DNA of 64,000 nt from Antedon mediterranea (Eukaryota; Animalia; Echinodermata). This document shows positions 1-12,199 of the stretch, piece by piece. A model generated the notes under the pieces. It had not been told where the DNA came from, did no database searches, and was given only the letters and a program-made list of their open reading frames with translations. The stretch lies in the NCBI RefSeq assembly GCF_964355755.1, contig NC_092674.1, forward strand, positions 15,066,001-15,130,000. The letters run 5' to 3'. Position 1 is the first letter of the stretch, and the number at the start of each line of letters is the position of its first letter. The position numbers and the translations under genes were made by a program.

Positions 1-127
1 AATTGTATATAAATTGTAATTTACTCAGGTTGAAATTTTCAGACCGTTTGGATAGAGTGCTCAATACCAAGGTAGAGCATAAATAAATAAAATAACAGCA
101 GAAAACTTGGTTACTTCATTGTTTTAA

Positions 128-184
128 TCACTACAAATTTGTTTCGTACGACCAGCATGTAGCTGGCCGCACTCTTCAGGTGAA
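128..184 (-). ncRNA. Minimal type I hammerhead ribozyme
   Basis: Minus strand reads UCAC-CUGAAGA-GUGCGGCCAGC(UACAU)GCUGGUCGUAC-GAAA-CAAAUUUG-UA-GUGA: both core boxes, 11-bp stem II, stem I UCAC/GUGA, palindromic stem III ACAAAUUUGU, GUA cleavage triplet; typical location in PLE terminal repeats. Confidence 0.9.
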
Positions 185-267
185 ATATAAAACGTAAGTG
201 ACACAGTTGTCTCATAGTGCTTAATAGAAGTGAGTCATCGGGAAGTCGTATACAATAGCCTATTGTT

Positions 268-2426
268 TTAGATAAACTGTTTGGATCTGCAATTTAGTAA
301 GAATTTTTTCCTATGTCTACAAGTAGAGACTAACTCGTTCTTACGGTTCAGTGAGCATAGCTCTGGTTGACATATAATAACATACTTTTCATATATACAT
401 AAATTACATCTTTTGTTAATATTTGAGTAAGGTTTGCATTTCTTTACAATTTTCCATTTAATTGAGTAATTTGTTTTAGAGTCTTTAAGTGTCCATATAT
501 ATTTACTGAGTTCCGTTGCACTTCTTAGTTTTTCGTTCCGGAATGAAGACGTATGGTTTCTGTATCTATAGTTTTAAACTGGTTTTCAGTTAGTCCGACA
601 TATGTTTCTTCTTTTGATGAATCTTCTCTCTTTACTGTAGCTTGGTAAACTACACCTTTTGTTAGGCAGTTACCTGGGAGCGGGCATTCATTGGGATTGC
701 GGCAGTTACATCCGCTTGTTTTCGCGTTGGTTTCAGTAGACTTTTCTTTGGCTATCACATATTTGTTGTGTGCGTTAATTACTTTGTCTACGCTGGGCAT
801 GCAACTATAGCTTAGTTTCAAGGTATTTTTGTTAAATATTTTTCTGAGCTTGTTGCCGGCAGGAAAACAATCTTCTACTATAGCTAAAAACTTGTGGCCG
901 ATGTTGGTTGCTACGTTTTTGCTGAATGGTGGGTTAAACCAAATTATGTTTCTGGTACGTGATTTTTTGGGCTTCTGCTGTTCAGCATTGAACTAAAGTT
1001 GATGATTGTATCCACTTTTTTTGAGGGCTTCCTGGTATAGGGGTGCAGATGCATGAAATGTATCTTTGTCTGATGAGATGTCAGAAAGGCGTCTATTTAT
1101 AGCAAGTGGGATGTTTCGGATAATAGATGGAGGATGGTTGCTGTCATGGTGCACGTAGGTTGGTTTGTTGTTAGGCTTAGTGAAAGGTCGGAAGATCCCT
1201 GTCCTTAGGTCGAACGTTACATCCAAATAATTGACTATTTTCTTGTTAGCTTCAATTGTTAGCTTGAGGTTGTTCTCCTGGAAAATCTTACAAATATCTT
1301 TCTTGATTAGCTCAATCGTTTTGGCTGATTCGCGAAACGCGGCTAGGCCATCGTCGCGGTATAGACCAATTTGGTTGCCATATTTGTTAGACAGTTGCGA
1401 CAAAAGATATGTACCTACGATTTCACAGATTTCAGCACCATCAAAGCTTCCCATTGTGACGTCAAACACAGGTTGGTTTTCAGTTCCTTTTTTGCACCAT
1501 GTAGCGTTATCATGGAAAAGGAGTGACTTTTTCGCTTGGATAATAATATTTGTTTCTTCATCGGAGATTGCTTCAAACTCGGAGGCGAATTCAAGGGCTT
1601 TTTTAAGTAGGTCACTGGTTATTGACGGGTAGAAATCAACTATGTCGAAGCAAATAAACGAGTGCTTATCCTTGTTTTGAATGTTCTTATACCATTCGAT
1701 AACAGAATTAGTGTTCTTCCATTGATTTAATCCTGTAGACGCTATTATTTTCTTATTTATTCTTTCAAGGATTTGTTTACTTACGATGCCAATTTCTGAT
1801 TTCGATGGGTTGATCAATCTACATGTCGGGTTGTTCTCGAAGTTGGGTTTGTGGTCTTTCAGTGTTATAAAAGCTTCCTTCTCGGCTAAACGCTCGATTC
1901 TGCTTTCCAATTTTAGTTTTGCGGCGGTTTCATATTCATCTCTGGCTAATTTAGAAGTTGTGCTTTTGTTCGTCTTCTTATAAGATTTTGTAACATTGTT
2001 GTTGAGTAGATTGTTGTATACTGGGGTATCGACTCGATAAAAATTCGTTGTTTTGTCGGCGGGTATTATTAGCTTGTTGTCTTTTTTGATTTTGTTGACA
2101 TCTTCTAGCAATTTATCTTGGAATTCGCTGTTGCAATTCTTGAATTGAACATTTCTGACAAGATTTAACATTTTTTCTTCAAATTCACAAAGCTCCACTA
2201 CGGGTTTCGGAGATGTAGATGTTTTAAATCCATACGTTTCATTCTTTGTTGATGTTTGCGGTTGCGGGTTAAGGAAAAAATATGCTTTCCAGCGAACTCT
2301 TCTAAGGAACGACTCAGTCTTCTCGATTAAACACTTCAAATAATCCTGTGGTTGTGCCAGTGGGATGTTTTTAGTGGAGTATCCAAGGTTAATGCGTTCC
2401 ATATTGATCTGGAGAGTGCTCGACAT
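268..2426 (-). pseudogene. Penelope-like RT-GIY-YIG endonuclease ORF with two lesions
   Basis: ORF 993-2426 has PLE RT motifs ([34 protein letters not shown]). Frame continues past a TAG at 993-995 (IIWFNPPFS...KLSYSCM) into CNCRNPNECPLPGNC and VVY..YVGLT; a 2-nt insertion near 569 shifts frame, then RYRNHTSSF...RCNLCIYEK...CRHRKKF to TAA at 268-270. Confidence 0.92.
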
Positions 2427-2535
2427 TTAAGGAGCGTAAATTGTAATTTATATATAATATATTAAAGATTTTTAAATTATTTGTAAAAACCAATGGAAAT
2501 TTAACGAATTATTCTTCAAAAATTGTAACTTGGAA

Positions 2536-2790
2536 CTACAATACAGCTAGCTCTAATTCACACTTTTGTGTTGCAACTTTATAGTATTTGGCCTCGTCAT
2601 TTAGTTTAATTTTCTCTAATTCAATTTTCTTCACTTCCTTTTGAGCTAATACCATCTGCCACTTTAAAAAAGATTGGTATGTGTCATCATCTTCAACATG
2701 TTTGGTTCTTTTCCTCTTCGGCTCTGCTGGTTCTTGAGATGATGTCGAAGGAATATTGGTAGAAAGCTCTAATAACGATGACAATGGTAC
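2536..2790 (-). pseudogene. Terminal exon of a basic/coiled-coil protein, probably a Harbinger-type Myb/SANT accessory gene
   Basis: AG acceptor near 2791, PKRKRTK NLS-like motif, heptad-like C-terminus and stop; family assignment is inference. Confidence 0.35.
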
Positions 2791-2846
2791 TTAACAATAC
2801 ATAAATTCTTTAATAAAAATTTTTTATGAATCTATAAATGTTACTA

Positions 2847-3187
2847 ACTTACTTACTTACTTACTTGGGTTTAGAGGCTAGAAGTGTTGCTTGTTTGCCC
2901 CTCATTACTTCTCCAGTGTATCTGATGTAAGGGTCGTACTTCATTGGGTGGTTTGTCCAATATTTTTCAAATGCTGATTTGAATAGGTTTATTGTATTGG
3001 CTTCAACATATGCCCAGGTAGAGAATTCCAATTATTTATGGCTCTGAATGAAAAAGTGGTTTGTCTGGTCCTAGTTCTGCAACGTTGTTTTTTAATTTTA
3101 AAAATATGTCCCCTTGTTCTTTGAGTTCTCATCCATATCAAAAAACATTTTGGCATCAAGGTTATCAAATCCTTTTATAATTTTGAA
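2847..3187 (-). mobile_element. CR1-type LINE 3' fragment
   Basis: Translates as FKIIKGFDNL...RTRGHIFKIKKQRCRT...FSFRAINNWNSLP...FKSAFEKYW (CR1 ORF2 C-terminus) followed by (AAGT)n tail at 2847-2866. Confidence 0.85.
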
Positions 3188-3401
3188 TTATGTTTTTTTT
3201 CCTAAATAATTTATCAATGAATGCTTCACTGAAACCCCAATATGACCGTGGTTGCTGTGCATTCAATTCCAACATTGTTAGATACAAATAAACTTTTCTG
3301 TCATACAAAACATATGGTTGGTAATAGGATTTTGGTTTTCATACTCAGAAGCAGAAGCTTAAAATAGAAAATGAAAAGAATAAAAAAAAAAAATGTATTA
3401 T

Positions 3402-4340
3402 TAATATTATATCGATATTACCTGCTTGAGGTAATTAATATTTCCCAAAGCACTGAGGGATATATATATTCCTGAGAGAAAAATATAATTCCTAGGGGGA
3501 AGTCAAATCTTATATTTCACCTATTTAAAAGGCGATATCTGTTATATATAGCCAAAATAGGTAAAAATAATAAAATGAACACATTATTTATTAAATTAAA
3601 AATTTTTTTTATTAAACTATTTACAGACGAAATGATCGATTGTTCATGAATTGGTATTAATTATTAGTAATATATACAATACAATTATTCAAGTTCAAGG
3701 TGAATTTTGCTAATGTCCATTTTGTCCAATTATTAAAGTTTACTGTTATATTTCAATTATAAATGTTGACATTGCAACCATGGAAATTGTATGTCAGACT
3801 TTTACTTCAGTCGAATTTATTTGCAACAACATTTACAGTCTGAGGTGATTGAGAAAGTGAAATTAAAGCGGGAGAAATTGATCCTGGACTGGTAGGAAGG
3901 AAAGTTTTTTTTGCCTCATCAACATGGACATAATGTTTAATACAAGATGTAGATTTGTGACCAGAAATAAACATCAAAATCAGAATAATTTTTTTAATCT
4001 CCAAAGGAGAAATTCATTTGCTCAGAGTTAAAATTATTAAAATATGTATGTATATATATAAAAATATCAATATCAGAAGCTTTACATAGAAATGATTATT
4101 GTTACGGGCGCAGAGACAGCATATAAAGTGTAAGACGGCCATACAACTAAACCTCAGAAAACCATTTATTGGCGTTAACATGCTCAATGCCAGCCGTGAG
4201 TAAATAGAGAACAAACAATAGCACACTGTGCATTAAATACAGAGTAGTTGCTACGTAATGACAGGAGGACCATGCAATATGCTAATTAGCCATGTGTCAC
4301 ATTGTTATAAAAAGTACCATAAAAACAATGGATATAAAGA
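3402..4340 (-). mobile_element. Crypton-like (tyrosine recombinase) remnant
   Basis: ORF 3807-4004 contains MFISGHKSTSCIKHY, resembling the C-terminal GH.S...Y catalytic box of tyrosine recombinases; boundaries are a guess. Confidence 0.45.
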
Positions 4341-4619
4341 GAAGATATGTACAAATAAATACATTTAAAAACACTCCCCAAAACGAACATTCATAAATAC
4401 AATTAAAAATATCATTTTCGTCGTCATTATTATAATTATTATTACCATCACTATTGTTATATTTTTTATTTCAATGTGTTACTGTGCATTATCTCGTGAT
4501 TCATATTGAAAAACATGATGTTCATTATTGGGACAAATGAATTAAGATAACAATTAGTGTGGGAGTATGGCAGTCACATCCTACTACTTCTAGGTATAAT
4601 AGAACTAATCATAAAGTGA

Positions 4620-5528
4620 AAAACTATTATCATCTCTGTTAAACGATCGATCCTCACAATTTCCTGTTTCAACAAGTTACAGTACTACTCTCCACACTGT
4701 AATACAATAAGCCCATACACCACAAATAACGGATTGGTAGAACATTTATTTAGATTGTTATAAATAATTTTACGTCTGACATAAAAGTCGTTGATTTTAC
4801 GAAGGCAATACAAATGAGTGTTAAGGTTTTTTCATTACACATCTCCCCATTTAAGTTGATCATCAAAAACGACCCCTAAATATTTATAATGGTTACCTTT
4901 TTAATACGAATTTTATTAATTTACAACCTCATCAGTCTCTATTTTATTTTTGCGAAAATCAATTCTTTAGTTTTGGTAGTACTAAGTTTAAGGTAGTTAT
5001 CATCACAATACTTAACAAAGTTAACAATTTCAGTCCTATAATGACTGTCGTTATCGTACTTTATTAGCCCAAGCAGTATCATCAGCAAACTTAATTACTG
5101 GACATCATTAATCACATCATTTAATTTTACAAACTGCTGGTGATTAGAAAGGAAATCGAAATTGAAAATTCATTCGCAACACTGATACCAAGTAATTTAT
5201 GAGTGAGGAGATGGGGTTGTATCTTATTGAATGTTGATGAGAAATCGTAGTACATTATCCTTACGTTATTACCTTTACTAGAATTACCAAAATGTGAATA
5301 TAATTTATATTAATTTACTTAATTTATATACAATTGAGTCTTCCATGCTACGTTTGCTGGAATATGCAAATTTGCCTCAGCGGCCTCAGCCGGTTTATTA
5401 TCATTTTCTCACACACTTTCATGGCAAATGACATAAGCGCAATAGGCCTTAGGTCATTCATGCATTTGATGACCGATTTCTTTGGAATAGGAACTATACA
5501 AGAGGTTTTTCATATGTTGGGAATGAAC
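4620..5528 (-). mobile_element. Decayed Rex/Babar-like LINE RT fragments
   Basis: 5383-5528 reads KTSCIVPIPKK...NDLRPIAL.S.AMKVCEK; 4620-5105 reads IKFADDTA...YRTEIVNFVKYCDDNYLKL..TKTKELI...YKYLGVVFDDQLKW. Confidence 0.75.
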
Positions 5529-6289
5529 AACATTCAGAAACAAAACATTCAGAATCTAAAACGTAAATTGTTGTTCCTGCTTCTTTATTTAATAGTCTGT
5601 ATTTTGTTTCCTAATGTGGTTTTCCACACTGCAATATTGTGGCATACCTCATCAATATCTTTAACAATAGTCTTTGGATGCAGCCAAAATGCATTATTTT
5701 TAGGATTAAGATGTAAATGTACTTACAATACGAATCTACAGGGAAATCTGGAGATGAGTTTCATACATTCTTTCCGATTGACTACGAGAGTCATAGCATC
5801 GCCATGATGATTCTTATACCCTATTCAGACGTGCATCCTATTGTGATTCGTTGTGATGTAATGGATGGTAATCGGTTGGTAGTTACTCCCAATCGCAATT
5901 TTGGGACGTATTCAGATACAGGTTTCTAAAATAGCCAACATAGAACTGTTTAATACTTGTCAAAATCACACCTGTAACACTCACCTTCAAAGAATGCAAA
6001 TTATTAGTACAAATTACATGAAATATGCAAATTAGGAAATGAAATTACAGGTTCCTATATATCGAAAAACACTAAGGCGAGCGAGTTGATTTTAATAACT
6101 TGTTCAGAATGTTATTATTATTATTATTATAGGACCGCTTTGTAATTCCCAAAATCACATCTTTGTCATACACCTGGAAAGTATGCAAATTATTAGTACA
6201 AGTTACATGAAATATGCAAATTAGGGGGTGAAATTACAGTCTTCCCATATCTCGAAAACCACTCATGCTAGAGAGTTGATTTTTTCAAG

Positions 6290-6790
6290 GCCTTATTCAG
6301 AATTCATATTTAGGACACTGTTGGCTGGTTTGTTACACATGGTGCTTTCAGCTACATCATATAAGTTCTTAAATAGTGGCTTGATGTTGTTGATTGCTTT
6401 TAGTTTAAGAGACAGGTTCTCACAGTATTCGCATAGGCAACCTATATACTTTTCTTGTGACTTTAATTTAACATGTTGAGGTTGGTGTCTATAGAAATTG
6501 ATGAAGAATGGATTATCTGGAAAAGCTTTAGTGAACTTGGTATGAGGCTTCTGATATCATTATCAAGGACATTTCAGGGCTTTAACGATCTCTTGCTAAC
6601 TAATTTTTTTGTCAGGAAGTTGGTTAGAGTTTGTTTCGTAAAATTCTTGTATCAATTGATTGTTGTAAGAGGCTACAGCTACACGCGTTTTGGCATTTGT
6701 AGCTTTCTGCTTACACCAAACTTCCTGCTAGCTGCCCTTTGAAGTTTTGGCCTTCTTCATCACATTACAAAGGCAGCTGGCTACATTCTT
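6290..6790 (-). mobile_element. Decayed DNA transposase N-terminal fragment (Sola2-like)
   Basis: Reads EFYETNSNQLPDKKLVSKR...FYRHQPQHVKL..EKYIGCLCEYCENLSLKL; CxCxxC motif; duplicated ATGCAAATTA-containing repeats next to it (5995-6035, 6184-6225). Confidence 0.5.
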
Positions 6791-8906
6791 TCTCAATGCA
6801 GAATAAAGGAAGGACCCAATAAATCGTTATCGCCAACGCACCATCCGTTATTGTCTTAGGGTTTCGGGAACTCGTAAGTCGGTGTTAGTGCGAGCTTCCA
6901 GATCCTGACTAGATAGTTTGATCGTGCGTCGTATATGTTGATGCAAGCATCTACGCGACGGTGGAAAGTTAGCTAAATCAATTTTTTTTTTTAACACTGA
7001 TTATTCCATCTTTTTCCTTGCATTTCCTGCAAAGAAAGTCAAATTGGGATCCATAAAACAGGCATGTGAACTCTTCCAGTTTCAACACTTCTTCAGCCCA
7101 CGAATTTCACGTCGGCAATCGGCAATTGCCGACCTTATTGCCGACCTTAAATTGTCAGAGGACGGCAAGAGATTGCCGACCTTGAAACTAGGCTAGAGAT
7201 CCCTCCTTTCAAGCCTCCTAGCAACAACATGGTACTTTAAGGGATCGTATCATTGAAATTTTAACAGGCATATTCACCACCATGTTGTGTTTAGTTAACA
7301 AACCATGGAATTAAGATGATCCCTGAATTCACTCAACCATTACATCATGTTGTGTGTGTGTGAGCTGCATGCTCCTATCAAGCTGGCTGGGCACAGTGCT
7401 GTGCAACAGACCTGTGTAGGGGAATACCCTGTTATGCCAAGCAAGCAACCAGGCTATGCTCTGTGTACGGCTAGCTCCAGAACCACGATGTTCAGCAATT
7501 ATCAAATAGAATTTATCTTGTAAATTTTAGTGTTAGGTTTTTATATTTTAGTTAATTTTGCGGATCAACTGCCGTTTTGGCTCCGGAGTTTTTTTTAGGG
7601 TTATTCCATTATTAAAGTGGGGGTGTGTGGTTATGAATATTGTGTGCAGGTACGTCAATAGAAATGACATTGAGAGCCCTCTTCTGTCAGTTGACTGGTT
7701 CCCGGTCTACCGCCTTGTAATTGACTTAATCATGATCGAATTCCAACAACTTAAAAATATACAAAATGTTTACATAATTATATAACAATGTAGATCTATC
7801 TAATAATGTTTTTATTTTTTTGCAGATAAAGGAGGATCATCAATAAAATAAAATGATAACAATTCCAGGCATTTAATATACGGTTTACTGATAAAATATA
7901 ATGTACCAATGAAATAAACCTGGTGTTTTGAAACATATTTTAATAACTTTTGCCGGCCTAGCGCCTTTGTGTATCTAAATCTATCTAATCTATCTAAATA
8001 ATTAAGTTAGTACAGTATTAACAAATAGAGGGTTAGGGTTATGTATAATAAAATGATAGAAATGAGGCATTATCTAATAATGTTTTTATTGATTTTTTTT
8101 TCTGATTTTTATAGTTTTAAAATTCAAGTACCGTTTTTATAGCGTTATGTATCCTGTAAATGCTAACCTAAAAACGTTATCTGAATGTTTCTTTTTACGT
8201 TATAGAAATGTAATAAAATAACGGTTATAGTGAACCTAAACATTAACCAAACACTAACATTAGAAAACCACTATGTGTTTGCTGGACTGCCACAATGGAA
8301 CAATAGACCTAGGTATGTATGTTAAACAAAGAAATCACGTCAAAGCAGGGTGGAGACGGAATTTTAAGACAAAGGCGTTCTATACAAATGCAAATCTGGT
8401 GGTGGAATACAACATGATCAATGCTGACAGAAATTCACGTAAACTCTGCAGTAAAAAAAATGTAGAAACATTATTTGCGTATTAAATCACTATATAAAAT
8501 GTTCAGCTTGTTTAATTAATATACTGTACAATAATAACCGTACTATGATTTTCTTTTTTAACCTGTTTTGAACGTCTCTTTTATCTACTACAAGGAATAA
8601 TTTCGCCAGTGTGGCATAGCAAAAAGCTATACAAAACAACCTTATTGCTACACATTTCGAAAATTGTGTAGCAAAAAATACAATACAAAACTATGTTTCT
8701 CGACTAAATCAGTTTGATTAGCAATTTTGCTAAAATTTTGAAATGAAATTTTTCACTGTACTACAGACTCCCACTTGTAATTTTAATGCTTGTCGATATA
8801 TGATTTCTATACTGTACTTACTGTTTATTACAGCTCATACATAGTTGCTATTCTCTTGAGGCTCAAGACGACCAAATAGACAGTTTGATATCCAAGTACA
8901 ACTTGT

Positions 8907-9630
8907 AACTAGAATTTAATTCGTCACTTTGACGAATTATAGGTGATCATTTTTATCATTTTATTGACATTCATATTTTTTAAACATGCACCTACGTTAA
9001 CATACAATCGGAAAATGTTGATGTATGCCACCCTCATAGTGCTGAGTTGTGCCTTTTATATGCCATACAATATGTACAGTATATACTGTACTGTGTATAT
9101 CTATATACAGTGTAGCATAGGTGAAATTACGGGACCCACATCATGTTCTAATTTTTTGGTATGATGACGTTGTCAAAATAAACTTGAAGATAACAATATC
9201 GAAAGATAATGAATTGAGTAATAAAATATAACAATTGGATGAAAATTTGGCACGTAGAAGGGCGGTGCGCGCTATTTAAAAATTGTATAACTTTTACGAA
9301 AGCGATGAAAAAAATACTTTTTAACTTCAACTGGCCATACGGTAACGTCAAAACATCCAATAGGCTTAATTTTTATATGAATTAATATAAGCTTCGCTTG
9401 ACGACGTTACACAAATGTCAAAATGTTAACATAGTTCACAAAATGTTATGTTTGCAAGTTTCAGAGAAAAGCGTTGCGCAAAAATCATACAGAAAGAAAG
9501 AAGAGAAATAAAAAGTTGATGATGATTTCGTACAATCACAAGAGGTTATCAGCAACTTCGTTGCGGATAACCAATAAAGATTTGATACAATAACAATAGG
9601 TGATCATTTTATTCTAAATGATCACCTAAT
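8907..9630. mobile_element. Helentron/HINE-like non-autonomous element, with a second similar end nested inside
   Basis: Starts AACTAGAA plus hairpin AATTCGTCA/TGACGAATT (8918-8938); ATAGGTGATCATTTT repeated at 8939 and 9596; terminal hairpin TAGGTGATCATTT/AAATGATCACCTA (9597-9628). A second terminal-type hairpin GTTATCAGCAAC/GTTGCGGATAAC lies at 9545-9571. Confidence 0.6.
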
Positions 9631-10312
9631 TATGAATATTAAATTCCTGCTTCCAGACAACGTCACACTTGGGTTTAATCAGACCTTAAAAAACCTAGTA
9701 TTTTATTTTCTTTACCAAAATGATTATATATTGTACCGTTACTACTGTATTATTCCAACACGTAATTGCTATTCTCTCTCTCTCTCTCTCTTTTATTTCT
9801 AGGCGTTTTTTAAAGATAAATCAGTCCTTAAAAACCTAGCTATTTTGGTTTGAAATAATCATAACCTATTGTACCGTTATGTTGATTTGTTAAACAGTAC
9901 AGTACATAAAATTTCATTAAATTCAATCTTCAATTTGAATGAAAAGGCTAAACGGTAGTGTTTCAAATTTTGAGTATAAAAAAAAAAGGTTGGGAAGAAT
10001 AAATATTAATAAAATATATGTAATCAGGTTAAGAAACAAAAACCGCTGTAGCATAGTTTTACTTTTTTTTATCGCTGCACAAAGGTGTCTCATTGAAGCT
10101 TACAATATTACATAATAAAGCATATAACAATATCACTCATGCCGACATGGAGCTATGTATACAAACTAAAATATGGCACATGTATATAAACCAAGATCAG
10201 TTGTCTTCAAATCACTCATTTTTCGAAAAACTTTCAACTATATTATAGGCCTACAACTCCGATATTTTACTGCGTTCTCGATTTGATTTTACTGCGATTT
10301 AAACCAAGGACC

Positions 10313-10448
10313 ATGCTGCCGAAGATAGGACCACATTTGTTTAATGGATTTGATGACTACCTGGACTTTTTCCAACGAAGGGGTTTTTATCCAACTGCCA
10401 AGGATTGCTCGTACTGTAATGTACCAATGTACATGTCTACTCGTAACC
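10313..10448 (+). pseudogene. First exon of a Merlin/IS1595-like transposase
   Basis: MLPKIGPHLFNGFDDYLDFFQRRGFYPTAKDCSYCNVPMYMSTRN (CxxCxxxM) ending at a GTAAGT donor; remainder deleted. Confidence 0.5.
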
Positions 10449-11868
10449 GTAAGTGTTCTCATCATTAATTATTATAATTACATTTAAAAAACGTAATTTA
10501 AATATTTATAACCTGTACCATTATATGTATACTTATGCCTTTATTATAACCTGCATTTTATGTGCAATTATTTAGTAATTTTATGTACCATTTATTCAGT
10601 TACTGTAATGTAAGTTAAGTAATTAATTAATTGTAAGTAAATAATGATGTAATTTAATAAAAAATATTTATATTATTGAAATGAATTTCTAAATAAAAAT
10701 ACATTGTCAATTTAATTTTGTTGTTGTTATGTTTGGTTTATTTTTTGCTATCCTATGTATTATGATAATTTTGCTATTCTATGTATTAGAATATTTATAT
10801 ATAACAGCATATCAAAATCTTTTAATAAAGAAACTAAACAAAATTTGTAAAAAGTATACATGAATGATTTGCATTTGTATAGAACGCCTTTGTCTTAAAA
10901 TTCCGTCTCCACCCTGCTTTGACGTGATTTCTTTGTTTAACATACCTAGGTCTATTGTTCCATTGTGGCAGTCCAGCAAACACATAGTGGTTTTCTAATG
11001 TTAGTGTTTGGTTAATGTTTAGGTTCACTATAACCGTTATTTTATTACATTTCTATAACGTAAAAAGAAACATTCAGATAACGTTTTTAGGTTAGCATTT
11101 ACAGGATACATAACGCTATAAAAACGGTACTTGAATTTTAAAACTATAAAAATCAGAAAAAAAAATCAATAAAAACATTATTAGATAATGCCTCATTTCT
11201 ATCATTTTATTATACATAACCCTAACCCTTTATTTGTTAATACTGTACTAACTTAATTATTTAGATAGATTAGATAGATTTAGATACACAAAGGCGCTAG
11301 GCCGGCAAAAGTTATTAAAATATGTTTCAGAACACCAGGTTTATTTCATTGGTACATTATATTTTATCAGTAAACCGTATATTAAATGCCTGGAATTGTT
11401 ATCATTTTATTTTATTGATGATCCTCCTTTATCTGCAAAAAAATAAAAACATTATTAGATAGATCTACATTGTTATATAATTATGTAAACATTTTGTATA
11501 TTTTTAAGTTGTTGGAATTCGATCATGATTAAGTCAATTACAAGGCGGTAGACCGGGAACCAGTCAACTGACAGAAGAGGGCTCTCAATGTCATTTCTAT
11601 TGACGTACCTGCACACAATATTCATAACCACACACCCCCACTTTAATAATGGAATAACCCTAAAAAAAACTCCGGAGCCAAAACGGCAGTTGATCCGGAT
11701 TTTGCTAGTTCTTTTTGCATAACATATAGCTAGGGAGGCTAGGCCTTAGGTTAGCAAGAGGTTAGGCCTTGGTGAATTTTCTATTTTTAGAACTGCCGAG
11801 ACTGCCGACCTTGGCGAATTTAAGGTCGGCAATTTTTTGCCGACCTTTTTTCTGAATTTCGTGGGCTG

Positions 11869-12195
11869 CTTCTTCTATTTCCAACTTTCTCCTACTTTCT
11901 TGAAAACCTCTCCAAATTTTAGATATTTTTGACAAGTTTTAATGGCCTTTAATTTTCCTTTTCCATTGAACGCGCTGGTCGTGTCGCACTGTGTGAATAC
12001 ATGTAGCCCTAGCATGGCATTACATCGACTTGGGGTGATTTTAGTGGCTAAACTGGTGAGATCGGTTATTCGTCGATTCCTGCCACTGCCTGTATCGAAT
12101 AGGACTTTTGCATTAATGGACGAAACAAAATGTAAAAATATAAAAAAACATCGCTGTCTGGAGAGCGAACAATAATGCGATCATGTCGCAATAAT
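11869..12195 (-). mobile_element. AcademX-like transposon fragment (XPG-like nuclease domain); continues at 6995-7093
   Basis: RIIVRSPDSDV...VLFDTGSGRNRR...LGLHVFTQCDTTSAFNGKGK...VGESW, resuming as EVLKLEEFTCLFYG on the far side of the 7094-11868 insertion. Confidence 0.7.
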
Positions 12196-12199
12196 GTGA

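Larger units (their letters stand above)
24..2436 (-). mobile_element. Penelope-like retroelement (Naiad-type), near full length
   Basis: Contains RT and GIY-YIG coding region plus 3' hammerhead ribozyme; flanked by 14-bp direct repeat TAAATTGTAATTTA at 10-23 and 2437-2450 (probable TSD). Confidence 0.9.
7562..11696 (+). mobile_element. Foldback element with ~835-bp TIRs, probably Merlin-derived
   Basis: 7562-8396 is the reverse complement of 10866-11696 (two substitutions and one 4-bp indel noticed); GG..CC termini; imperfect 9-bp TSD taATTTTGC/ggATTTTGC; internal exon resembles Merlin/IS1595 N-terminal zinc ribbon. Confidence 0.85.
7094..11868. mobile_element. Non-autonomous hAT-like TIR element (CAG..CTG) carrying nested inserts
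   Basis: TIR CAGCCCACGAAWTTCA at both ends, subterminal GTCGGCAA/TTGCCGAC repeats at both ends, flanked by CTTCTT on both sides; splits an Academ-like reading frame. Confidence 0.85.

Noticed and set aside
1231-1983. Plus-strand ORFs 1231-1632 and 1786-1983
   Set aside because: Antisense shadows of the Penelope RT.
268-2426. Selenoprotein Naiad (in-frame UGA plus SECIS)
   Set aside because: The CxC/CxxC positions are Cys codons and the only in-frame stop is TAG at a non-catalytic site; no UGA to recode.
5717-5929. Possible Polinton minor capsid fragment (70-aa ORF)
   Set aside because: Only a vague resemblance; no other Polinton genes or termini nearby.
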